A stretch of 64,000 bases of DNA from the human T2T-CHM13v2.0 reference genome, Homo sapiens: the NCBI RefSeq assembly GCF_009914755.1, contig NC_060948.1; one strand, given 5' to 3'. Under the pieces are notes generated by a model, which saw nothing but the letters and a program-made list of their open reading frames with translations, searched no databases and was not told where the DNA came from. This document shows positions 61,733-64,000 of this stretch, one piece after another (position 1 is the first letter of the stretch; each line of letters begins with the position of its first letter). The position numbers and the translations under genes are program-made.

Positions 61733-62300
61733 AAGAAATACCATTTGACCTAGCCATCCCATTACTGGGTATATACCCAAAGGATTATAAATCATGCTGC
61801 TATAAAGACACATGCACATGTATGTTTATAGCGGCACTATTCACAATAGCAAAGACTTGGAACCAACCTAAATGTCCAACAACGATAGACTGGATTAAGA
61901 AAATGTGGCACATATACACCATGGAATACTATGCAGCCATAAAAAATGATAAGTTCATGTCCTTTGTAGGGACATGGATGAAACTGGAAACCATCGTTCT
62001 CAGCAAACTATCGCAAGGACAAAAAACCAAACACCCCACGTTCTCAATCACTGGTGGGAATTGAACAACGAGAACACTTGGACACAGGAAGGGGATCATC
62101 ACACACTGGGGACGGTTGTGGGGTGGGGGGAGGGGGAGGGGGAGGGATAGCATTAGGAGATATACCTAATGCTAAATGACGAGTTAATGGGTGCAGCACA
62201 CAAACATGGCACATGTATACATATGTAACAAACCTGCACGTTGTGCACAGGTACCCTAAAACTTAAAGTATAATAATAATAATAATTAATAATAATAATA
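61733..62300 (+). mobile_element. Young L1PA (PA3/PA4-like) 3' end inserted in the Alu tail
   Basis: ORF2 C-terminus [19 protein letters not shown]...GGN*, G-rich 3'UTR, (TAA)n tail. Confidence 0.93.
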
Positions 62301-62478
62301 TTAAGAAGAAGAAGAAGAAGAATAAAAGAAAGAAAGAAAGAAAGAAGGCAGGAAGGAAGGAAAAGGAAAGAAGATAGGTAGGAAGGAAGGAAGGAAGGAA
62401 AGAAAGAAACAGAGAGAAAGAAAGAAAGAGAGAAGAAGGAAGGAAGGAAAAGAAGAAAAGAAAAGAAAAAAGAAAAAT
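62300..62478. repeat. (GAA)/(GAAA)/(GGAA) purine repeat
   Basis: Direct observation. Confidence 0.93.
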
Positions 62479-62639
62479 ATGGGAAAACCTTTTAAACTAA
62501 AAAACACACAAGCCCAGAGAAAACATTTACAGAATAAGCTTTAGAGACCGAAGAATATCTAGCCTAAAAAATGTGTATTTTATTCCCCCAGACAAAAGAA
62601 ACTTAATACAGATTTTGACATGTCACATTTTATTATACA

Positions 62640-63940
62640 AATTGCAACCTAAGATTACAACATATATGAAACATCAAGATAATATGGCTCAATCAAAGAT
62701 AAAAATAAATATCCAGAAATCAATTATTAAAAAACGGGGAGGTAAAAATTAACAGAGACAATATGAGTTATAGTCTAGATATATTCTTAAAAAAATTAAT
62801 TACCCTTAAAAATTAACATTGCCGATTTAGTGATGCTCCGTGAGTAAAATGGAAATAAATAAATTAAGAAAAAGGAAATAAATGAAATAACAAAAATTAA
62901 ACCAACAAAAAATAAAAAGCACAAAAAGAAATAAAAATTGTGGAGTGGAAATACAGAAAAAGACTAATATGTACTTCACCATTAGTAAAAAAAAAATGAG
63001 AAGATCAATAAGCTCAGCAAATTTCAAATAAAATTAACATTAAGAGATTTACAACAAGACACAAGTTAAGCAACGTTTTGGAAGTCACATAAAAGAGAAT
63101 GAAGAATGCAGAAAGAAAAAAAAACAAATGTATTATTTATATTCACACTTCTGCAAAATTACCAGTAAATTTATGAACATAAATCTTTCAAGCAAGAAGC
63201 GGGTAGGATGACATTGGTAAAACGCTGAAAAAAAAAAGTTCTAAACAAGAATACTATATTTTGCAAAAGTATCCTTCAAAATGAAAAAAAAAAAGACCTC
63301 TATCACTATCTATAAGAACATCTAACTATGTCATGTCTTCAAAAGACTCATTTCATATCTAATTTTAAAAGACTGAAAATCACAGGATAAAAATACATTT
63401 CATGCAAGTGTTAACCAAATGAGAGGAGAAGAGGCAACAATTCCTTAAGATGAAAACTACCATATTTCATATAATTTACTTTATGTGAAAATTAACAAGA
63501 GACAAAGTAGGACATTCAATTATAGTAAGAGGGTTTATTCACTAATAACTTATAAATATATGACAATTTTCCCAAACACATAAAGCAAACATTGACAGAA
63601 TTGAAGAAAAAATAGACAACCATATAATAATGGAAATACATCAATATTTCACTTTCAGTAGTAAATAAATAATGAGAGACTATCAACGAGGGAACAAAAA
63701 ACCTGAATGCATTACACAATAGTTACACCTAACAAATGTATGCAGACAACAGAATCACATTCTTTTCAATACCTCAGAAAACATTTTTCTAGATGGACCA
63801 CATGTGACACCACAACAGAAGCCTTAATAATTTTTTAACTAAAATTTTACAATTATTTACAGCCCAAATGGAATGAAACTAGGAATCAGTAACAGAAGAA
63901 AAGCTGAAAAATTCAAAACTTATAAAGATTAAGCAACACA
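62640..63940 (+). mobile_element. Old L1M ORF1/ORF2 fragments (ZNF intron)
   Basis: aagaatactatattttgcaaaagtatccttcaaaa; aaaatagacaaccatataataatgg; cacattcttttcaa...ggaatgaaactaggaatcagtaacag. Confidence 0.7.
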
Positions 63941-63944
63941 ATTT

Positions 63945-64000
63945 CCTGTTTTGTTTTGTTTTGAGATGGAGTATCTCTTTCACTAGGCTGAAGCGCAGTC
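63945..64000 (-). mobile_element. Alu 3' end (runs off the window)
   Basis: (ttttg)n gagatggagtatc...ctaggctgaag. Confidence 0.75.

Overview
Hominoid (probably human) genomic DNA that is repeat-dense and has no intact protein-coding gene. It has two halves. Bases 1 to ~37.5 kb look like ordinary autosome-type sequence: MIR, L2, hAT/Tigger MITEs, old L1 and MaLR/ERVL LTRs, plus an internally deleted HERV9/LTR12 provirus (24489-33476). From ~37.5 kb a beta-satellite-like array opens a KRAB-ZNF-cluster-type duplicon. That half holds a MER83/MER4-group provirus, a very young AluYa5, a decayed TRIM60 pseudogene (- strand, split by an Alu), an old L1PA15/16-type 5' half and a decayed ZNF736/ZNF727-like zinc-finger exon (- strand). 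The TRIM60P plus ZNF736P pairing next to autosome-like DNA suggests an ampliconic or segmental-duplication junction, possibly the chrY AZFc DAZ-flank/BPY2-amplicon boundary; this is inference and was not verified. I found no convincing new biological system. The best leads are the duplicon junction, the asymmetric LTR12 pair, two L1s sharing non-consensus variants, and the AluYa5. Repeat family names come from recalled consensus sequences, and coordinates of old repeats are approximate.
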